Assembly: GCF_009914755.1 (NCBI RefSeq)
Contig: NC_060935.1
DNA: 64,000 bases
From: the human T2T-CHM13v2.0 reference genome, Homo sapiens
Strand: one strand, 5' to 3'
The notes below the pieces were generated by a model. It was not told where the DNA came from. It ran no database searches and was given only the letters and a program-made list of their open reading frames with translations. Of this stretch, positions 39,966 through 53,210 are shown one piece after another; positions within the stretch are counted from its first letter, which is position 1, and each line of letters opens with the position of its first letter. A program made the position numbers and the translations under genes.

Positions 39966-41484
39966 CCTTTAGAAGTTGTCTCCACATTTAAATTTTCCTA
40001 TCACATTAGCTGACTTGTTCCTCGTGGATCTTGAAACTAACTTTGATATACACTAGTGAAAACAAATAAATTATAAGAGCATGCTTTTTCAAGAAATCAA
40101 CACAAATTCACAGTTGATGCAACATTGCTTTTATTGGGGGTTAGGAACATATGACAAAGTCACATAAAATGTCAACAAAGTCACACTTTGTGCTTGGCTG
40201 CTCTTTAAAAAAAAAAAAAAACCCTGTTTATTTATGAACTCACTCAATGAGAACTATGTGAGATGTGGCCAACAATTATCATGCTTAAAACAGGACGGCC
40301 AGAGCCATGAGGAGATTGAAGTCTGACAATGCTAGCTAGCTAAGTGGAAATTTACCATTGTCAAATATCAGATACTTCCACACATTTAGATGTTTGTCCA
40401 TAAGTAGACCCAGCTTAGCTGACTCCTTTGAGAAAGAATTGTGTCTCAAACCTCTGTTATTCAGCTGGCCATATTATTAATCATTACTAAATGCCAGCCA
40501 CATGCAAAGGGGATGGAAAAGAAGAATGAGATTTGCTCAGTTTTAGCTTTCTGTGGCTGAAGTATTTTTGAGTCAGTTACATGGATACATGAGGATTATA
40601 GTAGGAAATGACTGAATATTTTTAAAAACATAAGTACTATGGAAACAGTCATGTATAAACATTCGTGCAGAAGCACTTACAAACATACACTGTGCATAAA
40701 GTTGGTTAAGAAGATGCTTGTTAGAAATGATTTATGTAGGTGAACTAAGAATTTGAAATAACTTAATACCATTGAAGACATCATACACATACAACTTTGG
40801 ACATTATGCATTCTTCTGGGGATGAACCATTGACAACTTCTGGACTTCATTGCTAGCTATTTTTTACATTGAGGTGGGAAACCAAAGAAGTGCAGAACAG
40901 AAGCAATCTACTAGGCACAAAGCTCCCTGGTTACTGCCCAGATAGACTGTTTCCACTCATCAAATTGAAGTGCATACTTAATTTAGGAAGGGCAGACCAG
41001 TGCAAAAGCTACTGATAGTGAACTGGAGGGCCCGGTTTCCATCCCTTACTCTGCCACACTCCAAAGTTCGATCTTCTGTAAGTCACTCTAAATTTATGGC
41101 CTTTAGATTTATTGCCTCTATTAAAAAGGGCATTGCAACAAGTGACTTAAACCTCCCCCTTTTTTATTCTCAAGGATTTGGGATTTTACATAGACAAAAG
41201 TGAACAATCTCATCAAAGTCTTGCAAAAAAAAAAAAAAAAACAAGTCTGAAATGCTGATAAACTTCATTCCCCATTTTTTTTCCCAATTTCTATCATGAA
41301 AATACATTCTATCACTCCAGCGTAATTTTAATCAGAAGACTGAAAAGTTTTAGGTGATTATTAAATGAAATAGCTAATTGTTTGCCATGGAAAAATATCA
41401 AGGAATATAAAAAGGGGTAATAATTGTGACATTGACTACAATATTGCAACTTGGCACTATAGATCATGAGCTTTGCAACTGCAA

Positions 41485-41652
41485 TACTGAATGTGAGCCC
41501 TGTATATGGCACTTCGGCAAGTTACTTAAACCTCAGTTTTCTTGCCTGTAAAATGGGGATAATAATACCTATTTTGCAAGGCTGTTGAAAGGCTTAAGTG
41601 AGTTAATATGTAAAATGCTTAACAGAACTCAATAAATACCAATTATTATTAG
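41485..41652 (+). mobile_element. MIR
   Basis: ggcaagttacttaaacctcagttttcttgcctgtaaaatggggataataatacct...taagtgagttaatatgtaaaatgcttaac. Confidence 0.85.
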
Positions 41653-43224
41653 GTTAATGGAAAAATCATAGTTCTCCATATTGTCACCAATCACCCTTAC
41701 TTACTTTAAAGGAAGGGAAATATGATAATAATTCTAAGTAATACCTGGGGTGAGAGACAGGAGGTGACTGTGCAGTCTTTTCCAGATATGTATAGAGAGC
41801 TGCTGAATGTCTGGGTTTAAGTCAACAAGATGTGTGTATTCATTTCCTCCTCCAATTACAACCACCTAAAGAACTCCATTTTCTCCTTCCTTTCCATTTA
41901 TCTAAATCTTCCACATCACTCAAGGTTCATCTCATATTTTCCTGTTTTATAACTTTCTTCCCTAAGTAAGTCAGTTTTGCCAACTTGATGGCAAACTCCC
42001 CTGAACTCATCTTTTGCTTGGTTTTGTTTTTGATCTTATCCTCTACTGACTCTATCTGTTACTTATCTTTGCAAACATTTCTATAACTTTTTCTAACTAG
42101 ATTTAAACTCTTTAGAAGCAGTGATTTTATCTGATAGAATCTAGCTTTCTTGATTAAAAAAAAATGATCGATTGGTTAGTGTCAAGTGGACCAATGTGGT
42201 ACTATGATTATTTTACCCTTTGAATAGCCTCTGACTACTTTATTTTAAAAGTACTTTTATTCTGTAGGTCACTCTCAAGATCCAACCCTATGTGTGGCTA
42301 AAAATCATTCTCCTTGTAGGATTCATTTTGTTTCTTAAAATATTAACACATTTGTGCAATTTGGGATTTTGAAACAAGTGCATTAATAAGCATATCCATA
42401 CTAGGAAAAAAATGAATGTCACATGAATTTAAGTACAAACAGAGGAATACACATGAGGAAGGGAAAGTTCTTGGCTCATGAAAATCTAGATGTCATTATT
42501 GAGTTTTTCTGTTTCTTGAAAAGATTGTCTCTTGTTCTGAGAGTTCTAGTGGCAGAAGCTGCACAATTTGGGGGTGTTTCTTAGCAGAGGAGGTGTCTTC
42601 AGGTGATCACTTTCTTTGTTTCAACTTCATAGTTGGCTTGAGAGTCCATCAATATAGCAGTCTCTTCAGTCTTTGTCCTTGCACTGGGGAGACATTCCTG
42701 AGGAGGGGTACTATAGGACCAGCTGAAAGGAACATCAACACAACTAAAAAAATAACAGAACATGTCACAGAAAGTTATCACATTGACTCTTTAATAATAA
42801 TAAATAAATGTAATGATACTTTGGGGACCATGCTAAGTCTCACTAGAGATGAAATGCTGCATCACTAGAAAAATGCTGTTGTTTTACATTGTTCCCCTTG
42901 CTAAAGAATCAGTCAGCAATGGCATTGCCTGAGTGTGTGTGAGACACCACTCTAATGGCTCTGGGAGAAAATGCTGTGTAAGAAAAGCTTCAGGTTTATC
43001 CAACAGGGAACTTACTAAAATGGGACACATAGGGAAAGAACAAAAGAACACATGACATTGAGGACAGATTCAAATAAATCCAAGGAGTGAAAACAAAGTA
43101 AGATAGCTGTGGGTACATAACTGCTTAGGAATGCAGGGCTGAATGAAGTCACTAGAATTGTTAGGTGTTGTCAATTCCTTGTATTTGTCTTTGTATTCCC
43201 AGCGCATGGCACAGAACATGGTAT

Positions 43225-43428
43225 GGAAAGAAAAAAAGAAAAAAAAAAGAAAGAGGGAAAGACGGAAAGATGGAAGGAAGGAATGAAGGAAGGAAGAAGG
43301 AAAAAGAAGAACGAAAAAGAAAGGAAGGAAAGAAAGAGAGAAAGAAAGAAAAGAAAGAAAAAGAGAGAGGAAGGGGGAAAGGAGAAAAACCGAGAAGGAT
43401 GGAGGGAAGGAGAGAAATAAAGAAGAAG
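43225..43428. repeat. GA-rich low-complexity tract following an L2 3' end (43140-43222)
   Basis: About 200 bp that is almost purely A/G. Confidence 0.9.
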
Positions 43429-46400
43429 GTTTTCAAAGTGTAGAAGAGGTGGGGGGACAGATTATGCAGAAAGGAAAAGCATATCCTGGAGCATATTCAA
43501 TGACTTAGAAGCCAGAGAAAGCAGGCTCACTTAATTCAAGAAGAGATTACACATTCTGAGTGGTTTTAGAAAATGGGGTAGGGCAATTTCCAGGTGGCTT
43601 TGAACACGTTAAGATTTAATTTGGGAAGTATGATGTGTTACTGTAACTATTGTAGGCTTCTGAGAGGAATATTAAGATGACTCAAATGAATCAAGTGGAA
43701 GGAAAAACGTGAAACTCAAAGGAGTTAATCCAATGGAAAAAAACGAACCATACTGCAAGAAATTAAATGAAGGCAGGCCTAAAGAATATAGTCTTAAAAT
43801 AGAAAGGCAGGTGCTTGTCGGGGTTTCTTCTATGTTAATGTTAATTGAGAGAAATGGGCTTAGAACTCAGATCAAGAATTTGCTTCTCCCACTGTGTAGC
43901 TTTTTTCATTCTTCAGCTGTTCTTCTTTTCTGCTACTGCCCCTTCCTGAAAGTGAACTCCAGTCCTTACTGTTTTAGCATCAACGCAAAATATGTTAGTA
44001 AATACAGAACGTGGAGGTGGAATCAAATATAACTTTGAAGGACGACTGTTGGAACAAATGAGCTCCAGATCCACCGGTTCTGGAGTTGTTCCTATGCCTC
44101 CATACTTTAGAATACCTTCAAAAATTCTTAAAGCTGTAAAAGAATTTAGAGCCCAACTAATCCAACCCATGCATTTTAAAGATAAGGGTATTTGAGAAGA
44201 GTTGTTATTAATGTTTCTCTTTTTTTATAAAAGTTGTTATGAATAAAATATACTTCTCAGGTAGATGTTTCTTTAACTGAAGACCTTATCATCAGCCTCT
44301 TCATCATGCTTACACAATGAAGATGTCTAATAAGTCAGGCACACCAAAAGGGGTACACTATGACACATCACTGCTTTCTGCCCTAAACACTTTTGATACA
44401 CCGAGGATGCTGGCTCCCTAGATGGCAGGTATAATATGTTTTTTAATCTGTAAAGTAACTAAGTGTTAAACGTTAATAGGTATTTTTCTGATTAAGCATG
44501 CAATAACTGATCTTGGATGAGTAATTAAATATACATCTTAAAGATTTTAGAATTTATTATTTTGTGAACATTGACAGGGATGATGGGGTGCTAAGCTTTT
44601 GATACTCATTTGTAAAACTCATTTTTTAATAAATTAAAATATTATGTATTAAGGAATAACATTTTGCACAATTTTTTATGGCTCATTTGGATATCTAATG
44701 ATGGCAAATCCTTGAATACATGAGCAGGTGAAAAGTAAACCTTGTATTGCTTTGGTATTAGGTAGCTATACATCACGCAAAATGTCTCTTTCTAATAGGG
44801 ACTCCATCATTAAAACAAATTTTGAGAAACAGATAGTATAAATATGTGAATGACCATATTCTAGGTGTCTACTATGAGTCAACTGTTCTACAAATCAGCT
44901 TTCTTTGGGCTCTATGCCTACTCAATTGCAATGAGTCATATCTTGTATCTCAATATAAGCCTCCCTTGGAATCCTTTTTGTCTCCCAAACACATAAGCAT
45001 AAATCGAGACCCTTGTATTGCCTTGCCCGGGGTCCTTCTGTGACCTGATGGTAATGATTCTCCAAATTTGCATCAAGAGCCTCTTCACCTACTGAGCCAA
45101 CTACCAGGCTGACCAGCCAACTCGCTGTTGCTCTGACTGGGCTATTCCTTAATAGGTAGATCTTCAGGGATCAGTTCCCTGGAAGGAGGCTCTCCAGTGG
45201 GGCCATCAGTAGACCTTGGACATCATGTCAAGACGTTAAAAGGGAAGTTGATGTTAGTGCACAAATAACCTAAGGCAGAGTTTCAGTATTCAACATGTGC
45301 CATGCAAAACAGTGAAAAACAATAAAAGAAATTGCTGATTATTGTTATTGTTTTGATTACTTTGGTTAAATTAAAATTATTATCTCTGCCTAAGGTCATT
45401 TCCCTGGCATTCTATTTTGTTATTCCAACAAAGGAACTAATATTCTCAATTACTTCAAGTTGTCTAAAGTCAGAAAAAGACTAAATCAATCAAGAGTAGC
45501 AAATATCTTACAAATTAAGCAAGTGTCCACAATGATAACCCTTTCAGAGATAATTAATTTCCAACATCTAGGTCGCACATATTTATTCTTGCATAAGAAC
45601 ACAGATCGTAGAGTCCTCGTATCCCTATATTAATTAACAAAGAATTTTTTTAAAATAAGCTTATTTTAAAAAGATTCTACTCAGGAACCATTTCAATGAT
45701 GAGAAATGCACAAGAAAAGAAAAAAACTCAAGTAGGCAACATGTAAAGCAACAGACAACTATATGCACATTAGTATAATTACACATTGCAAATTATATCG
45801 GATGTATCTAATATCTAATTTTTTGAAAGCTGATTCCACTTGAGACTTCAATAACAGCATCAACATTTTGCAGGTGGCTCCTTCTGTATAGTATCCAAAG
45901 GGAATTATTCCTCTAATGTGCTTACAACCCTCAAGTAAAAGCTAAAGCTCTCTCTTAAAGGACCAATGAACAATGAACACTAGGAATATTACCTTGATAA
46001 AGGAAGGGGGGAGGGTTTCACCATACATAATATTCAGCACGGTTATTTATTCTCTTCCTTCTGTGCCCATGATATTTATTTGCTTCAAGCAATAAGAAAC
46101 AAACTTAAACAGGAGACTCATTAGAAAATGTGAACGAGGCTACATCTATATTTTGAGGCAGCGATATAAGAAGCTAAGGGTTGATAATTTCTTAGATCAC
46201 TCGATAATAGAGAAATGTTCAACAGAATGGCAGGTTATATCTTTGACTGAAAACAGAAAGCCCTACATTAAATTCAGCACTTCTAAAACATAGGATTAAT
46301 TTGTCCTAAAGAGGACACCAGATCAAAGCTCTGCTTTGAGAAACAGGCTTTTGTCCTCATCTTTCTATATGAGTTAATCAATCATCAAATAACCAAAATA

Positions 46401-49400
46401 AATTTGTGATCTTGGAGAACGAAGCATATTATTCAAGGTGATTGGATCCATTTTCTTGATTCCTCCTTCAAGATCTTTCGGCTAATTAGTCAGGGTTACT
46501 ATAGAATTATTTAATTATCTGCACTTTTGTGCAATAAAATATGTTGTCATATCACATACTTTATCATGCTGTTGCAGTTCACACTTAATGATGCCTCTAT
46601 AGTTAGCTGTTTCCTTTGTTCTGCTCAGTAAGTGGTTTTAGAAAGAGGGTGGGCCGGGAAGGTGGAGCCCTGGGGTTTGTAAAATAAAATCATATATTCC
46701 TGGTCTACATGCCAAACTTTATGCATTTAAATGAATTTCTTCTTAGAAATTAAGTGGCAATTCCATTCGTAATAAGCTAAGAGGCACAGGTCGGTGACTT
46801 GGAATGCAACCGCAACAGTGTTACTATACCTTGAACATCTCTCTAGTGCATTTCCACTGCAGTGCAATGGTAAAACGACGATTTAATTTTTTTTTTTTTT
46901 TCTAATCAGCAAGGAATGTCTTTAACAAGGAAGAAGTAAATTATGATAATTACTCTGAATGGTCGGATCCTTGAGCATTACTAATTAGCATTTATTGCCT
47001 GGATTATAGAACAATACATGTGAAACCGAACTGCGATTGCTCTTTTACGTTGAAGACTTGAAAAGGCAATGGAGCAAAAAGCCAGCATCATCGGTAGTGT
47101 AGTCAGTAGTTTACATCTCCTTGATAGGACGCAGAACCCCTCACTTTGGAAACACGCAAATATGGTCCTCAGTATTTATGGCCCATTCATTTTTTTTTTG
47201 TTAGTCACATATTTACATAAGATATCATAGTCATGGTAGACTAATGAGAGGAGAAGCATTTTGGTTATGTCATTTCGGGATAATTTTATCAGTTGTGAGA
47301 GTTTAACAATAAAGAACATAAAACTTGCTGTTTCATAAAAATATGAAATTTTCCTGGAGAAATTTTGACTTAATAAAGGAACAAAGAACTCAGTTTGTAG
47401 TGAATAAAATTTTACATTCACTTCCCCACTTTCTCATAGAAGATCTACAGTTGGGGATAACCGATAAGAGGCAATTGGTTTCTGGCTTAAGAGCCTTTTT
47501 CATTAGGAATTTTCGGTAAATTAAAGTCTGAAATTAGAAAAACATTAGACATTAATCAACAGACCAACACCAGTCACGTAAATAAATGGCATTCGTATAA
47601 TTTGGCAGCTGAAATTCTTAAATAATCTGGCAGGTACAAGGAGAGAAAGAGGAAAAATGAACCGTTCATCATTCTCACTGCGGTCTCACCGTTTCCCTCC
47701 ACACCCCATTACAGCGAATGAAGAGAAAGAACATCGTAAAATATAAAGCCGGTACTAAATACAGTCACTAGTCTTCCAATACCTTCCATGGATTCCCCAC
47801 CCTGATCCTTTCTAGTTTGAAAGAATAACTTTGACTAAATCTGTGAGGAGATAAAACAGGCTGGTGATAAAAATTAATTCTGCTGAATGAGCAAATGCAT
47901 TTGGATTGCAGAGATGCAAATAAGATAATACTTTTCTTTTCCTTTGACATACCAAGAGGATTACTTTAGAATGTTAAATTTGATTTTATTAGAATATATT
48001 AGCAGTGTTTTAATTAATACCAATCAAACATTTTCTTTCCCTGAGGCTTGATGTGTTCCTCGCTTTCTAAATCATCTGTCTTTTTTTCATCAAAAAGCCC
48101 CTCTACCAAATTACCAAAGCCTTTGTTACATTCTTTATAATTTTACTGTATTCAATGGAAAATTATGAGCTCTTTACCTAAAGGTGTCTTGCCTATAGTA
48201 ATATATTCCCAGGTTCTAGATTTAAAATGAATACTGTTCATTAGTACACATATTTTTTAAAGGTAGAATTAGAGACTTGAAAAGAAATATCTTCTGTATT
48301 TTTCTTTTGGGGAAAAATGTTGCAAAAGGAATTTTGGCTGGTTCATATTATTTGGCTTTTATTCTCACTAGAGCTTCCTAGAGCTGTTAAATTCCAACTG
48401 CCTTGGTTTTGAGCTGGCATTTCTTTGGAAACAGAGGCAAAAAAGGAATTTTTAAAAAGGAGGTGGGGAGAGAAACTAGTTAAAAATACGGTGAGCCAGT
48501 GTGCCCTGTGAACTGAATTGTAACTGTGTGTTCCAAGGAGGTGCTGCATTGCATTTCACTCATTATCCTCTCCTTTTCTCTCAAGCTTCCTGTCCTTCTG
48601 TGTCCGAAAGCTCCAGTTCACTTCTTTCTCTTTTCTTCCCGCAACGCACCCCCGCCCCAGTTCCCCGCCTTATTTTTTTTTTTTTAATCTGCCAAGCTGG
48701 ATTTGCACTTTTAAAGATCAGTATCAATAATGCCCTGCTTGTTTCGGTTGCACTCTCCCTTTAAAAGACAGCCCCCTCTAATTGATGCGTCTGGGCTAGT
48801 CTAGACTGGTAGTGATTGAACCAACCACCAATTATGTTATTCATTTCACTGAACTTCACTGATGGGCTCGGTGAGGAAGAAGGGGTGTTGAGAAACCTGC
48901 CCTTGACTGAAGCAGTTGCCTGCTGAAATATAAAATCTTGTGTCGTTATGCACTTTTAAATGCCTGGGTGATCAGTTGTATGATAGCAACCTCGGAACAT
49001 GAGCAATCCACTTGAAAACATGTAAAAACCTGAGAGTGCCTTGAAATACAAATTAAAACACTTGTATTAAATTACTACCCTGTTATCACTGAAAATCACG
49101 GAAGAATTTTACCTGGCATGTTTTTATTGATCCATGTATACATTTTCATAGAGTAAACTGCAGATATATTTTAACTTCAAAAAGCACCAACTGTTTTACA
49201 AATGTTGGATATGAATAATGTGGTAATATAGATTCGTAAGTTAAATAGATGCCTTGCTATAATTTCCAAATACCTATGCATACACATCAGCTAAGGTAGG
49301 GGAAGTCATTAAACCATTGAATATAAACTAACGATGACTCGACAATCAAATAACTATTTTTTTTGAAGCACATTCGGACTATCAAAGACTGGAAAGTAAT

Positions 49401-51329
49401 ATTCTAATATTACTACACAAGAGGTTTCAACAAAAGACGTGGTGCAATCGTTGCATAGTTCATATTCTCAGTTCAATTTTCTGATACAAAATGGTTTCTT
49501 GATTGCAATTTGGCATTAATGACTAAAATTGCAATAAACACTTAAAATAAAAAACAATAACAGGCAAAGAACAGTTTCCCTAACCTTCAATTACATGTAT
49601 AAAACAAGGCTACAACCAATATAAAGTCTTTAGAAGAAGAAAGCATTTGGATTGGGGTTGATTTAGGTGTTTTTCAAACATAGAAGAGAAATGTTGGCCC
49701 AATAATACGAAAATTGTTTAAATGATATTTTATACTAGAATTTTTCACAACAAAGGAAAGGTAAGTTACTGTTTCTCTTCCCCAACTACGAGACAGCCCT
49801 AAATCACTGAAATGATTCAGTTATAAAAAGTTACAGCTCAAGAAAACTACAAACTAGGTAATGCTAGCCATTACCTTAAGAAAGGATAATTTTAAATGTA
49901 CAGTTTGGGTGTTATAAAACCTTTTTTGGATTGAATTTAAGTACTGATAAAATTTTCCTTAGTTTTAAAATGAAAACCAGTATTTGTTACTCCCAAAGAA
50001 TACGATAATTGTGTTTGCTGTTGCTGTTGCTTTCATTTTACATATTTAGAAGATTTATTTCCAATCTTTATCACCTTTATATCCATAAAGTATAACATTT
50101 TGTAAAAGATACCAAGCAAGGAGGTGGTATCCCTCCTTTTATTTTTAAAAAATCTTGCAAAGTCATACAAACTTAATTTTTATTAATACCATAACTTCCA
50201 TCCTTTGTGTGGAATTGCAAGAATAGAATTTTAACCTATTAATATTTTACTCCAAACTATTAGTTTGCCTTTATCTGCGTCTGTATGTTCACTGTCTAGC
50301 CATCCATGATACACATGTGTGGACACTGAATATATAATATATTCACATGCCCATTTTAATTGGGCACAATTTTAAGATTAACTGTGGAGTTTGAAAGTTG
50401 GAGACATGGGGCATGCTGGGACTTCAGCTGAGATGTTCTGAGGTCAAGCACCAGGTACTGAGCTGTTCTTGTTACGCTCGTATACTACTGCGTGTTGCTC
50501 TCAAGGAATAGACCAGGCAGATGAGTTCCACAAGCCTCAGGCATCAATAACATGCATACATACACATAGCAGCCAACACGCTATTAAAGCAAAATATATA
50601 CCTACTTTAACAGAAATCCAGGAGCTGCCACTCTCTGGTCACCTGATCCCATCTAACAATGAAAACCTCAGAGGTATACTCAATCACCTCAGACAAACTT
50701 TCTTTTCTTTTGTTTTTGCTTTAAAGAATAAAATTCCACCAAATTTCCAGGATGCAAAAGCACGACTCGCAGCTCCCAAGAGCCTAACCCGTGGATTTAA
50801 ACGGTAAACATCACAAGTTAGGGTCTCAGGGACTGAGAGGAGCGCAACAATGTTTTCTTTCTTGAGACAAAGCAAAGCAAAACAAGAATGACAGGCAATT
50901 TCTGTTCGAGGTTCATAACTAAGATGCAACAAACAGGTGGTATGGTATTTCTTCTCTAAGCTCCTTTCCTTCACAAAATTGAGATTCCGTTTAAGCCTAA
51001 TACATATATACACACATACGCAGTATCTGGGGGCGCATATACAATCACGCACATACACATACGATCACGAGTATATCAGAGAAAACTCTTTCAAGATTTG
51101 GGCAAAATAGTTCACTAAAACGGAAAATAATATGCACAGACTCAGAAATGCCCAAGTTTTTAAAACCATAGTCTACAATAAGGATTTAGTGTCTTTTCAA
51201 AGCTTTAATTTACGACTAGCACAAATGACTGAAGAGAAAATAGGAGGCATCTCTTTCCCCCAGGGCAAGTATGCCGCATGCAAAAATCATAGAAATCGGG
51301 TTTTCAAAGGAGAAGACCAAGAAGTAGGA

Positions 51330-53210
51330 TTCGGAGGCTATAGAAGTGTAAAGACGAATAGCGTTCTGAACTCACCCATTCGAAGCGGAGCGGGGCCCGC
51401 ACAGCCTCCTGTGGCACCATCCCGAGCAAGGGGGGAAAATGAGAGCTCTCAGTGCGCTAGGCTGGGCGAGGTGTTTCAATAGAGGACGGAGAACGGGGGC
51501 GGGGAGGGGAGGCGGGGGCAGGAAGCGATACACCAAATCTCGAGACTGTAACTCTGTAGCTTATGCTTTGACGAGAGAAAAAAGGGCAGTTGGGTGGGAG
51601 TGGAGGGAGGGGCTGGAACTGATCAAATTTGGAAAATATTCACTTAAAAATTAAAAAAAGGCGGGGGGGGGGGGAGTATGAAACCTCCCCAGAGCTGCTT
51701 TTTGAAAAATTTCTTCCTTCTTTCTTTAGCGTGCACTTTGCCAGTCCTGCAAACGGAGGCTTCGTCTGCATCAGCTGCTTGGCTGAAGTCAAGGCCAAAT
51801 CACCAAGAGCGAGCACCAGGCTGTCATTTGGTAGACACGAAGTGGGAAGGGCTGGGTGCGGGCTGGGGAGAGACATTCCCCCCGCACCTCCCGCTGCGGA
51901 TTCTTTGAAGCCTTTGGCCAATATTTCAGAGGAATCCGAAGCATAATTCCCCTCCATCTTCGCAGACAGCCCCTGGTTCTGTACCTGATAGATTGTCGCT
52001 TTCCTCATCAGACTGGAAGTGGGGCTTTCCTGTGCCGCCACCAAAAATGAAAGGAAAAGGAGGGGAGGCAGATGGGAAGATGACCCTTTTACAAATGTTT
52101 CTTCTCCTTTTTCTTTCTGTTTTTCATTTCATTTCTTTCTTCTTCTTGTTCTTCTTTTATTCCAGGCCTGAGCAAGGTAGATGGCTGGCTAGTCAAAGAG
52201 AATGACAAAGCAGCCACAGCCAGGAGGACACTGGAGAGGCCTCAACGCACTTAGTAAAAATGCTAAATATTTTTTTAGATATTTCCATATGCAACTAAAA
52301 ACAGTTAGAGCTCTAGACTCTCCCCCTCCCCTCCTTTAAAAATGGAATCATACTAGCAACACAGCTAAATTATGTCTCTTCTCCCTCTGTACAGTGTCTG
52401 TTTAGCAGCCCCCCCACCCCCACCTTCAAGACAACTTTTTTCTCACCTCTGTGGGTTCTTCTCAGGCACAATCCTCCGTTGAGCTCAGAGGCTCTCCTTT
52501 TTCTCTCCCTTCCCTTTTCCTTTTCCTCTCAGAAAAGCTAGTCTGTCATCATCACACCTAGCTTCTCTCTCGCTCGCTCAACCTCTCTCCTTTTCTCTTT
52601 TACCATTAAAATATAATAATAATAATGGCCCTTTCGACATAGCAGCATGAAGTGGCTGCCTTTGAGAAGCACATTTAATCTTTACTGGCTCCCCTAGGCT
52701 TCAGTGAAGAAGGAGAAGGCAAGGAAAAAAAAAGGAGAGAGAGAAAAAAAGATTGTAAGGGAGGCTGCTGACGGACAGCAGGCATCAGGCACAAATCAGC
52801 GACAAGTTGAATTTTCCTAGACCACACTGCCCCCTTTCTTCTCGGCTTGCTCCCTGGGCTCCTGGAAAGCCTGAGTGTCTGGTTACAGGAGGCAACGGGT
52901 CTCTTTTTGCCAACCATGGTGCAGATTCCTCGCATGCCTGCTTAAATCTCTGGCAGAATAAGAAATCAATATCCCCCTCTAATCACCTTTAGCTCTTCGA
53001 TGGCTTCCCCCCTTTTCTGAGAATCCACTTGGCTCTCCTCGCCGCTCCCCCGCCCTGCCGGGCTCCTACATACAAAGCTTGCAGCCCTGTCATTTCTCAC
53101 TTCCTTCCATATCTTGGAGACAAGCCTCTCTTCTAATATCCTCTCGCGCTTGCTCCCTCTCCTGTTGTAGTGTGTCTCATCCCTGACTTGCAGTGCTGGA
53201 TGCACTAAGG
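51330..53210 (-). promoter_or_regulatory. SOX6: Promoter-like region of a minus-strand gene (probably a SOX6 promoter)
   Basis: Highest CpG/GC density in the window, GC boxes (GGGGCGGGG at 51496-51504), (TC)n/TCGC tracts and a repeat-free context. Gene identity comes from recollection of the exon sequence only. Confidence 0.55.
51985..52080 (-). other. SOX6: Candidate 5' non-coding first exon (SOX6-like)
   Basis: Minus strand ...CCTTTTCCTTTCATTTTTGGTGGCGGCACAGGAAAGCCCCACTTCCAGTCTGATGAGGAAAGCGACAATCTATCAG|GTACAG. I recall this as a SOX6 transcript 5' end; the start coordinate is approximate. Confidence 0.55.

Noticed and set aside
51640-52044. 134-aa minus-strand ORF in the promoter region
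   Set aside because: It starts at a non-ATG codon, reads through the putative donor into intron, and resembles no protein I know. GC-rich DNA gives such ORFs.
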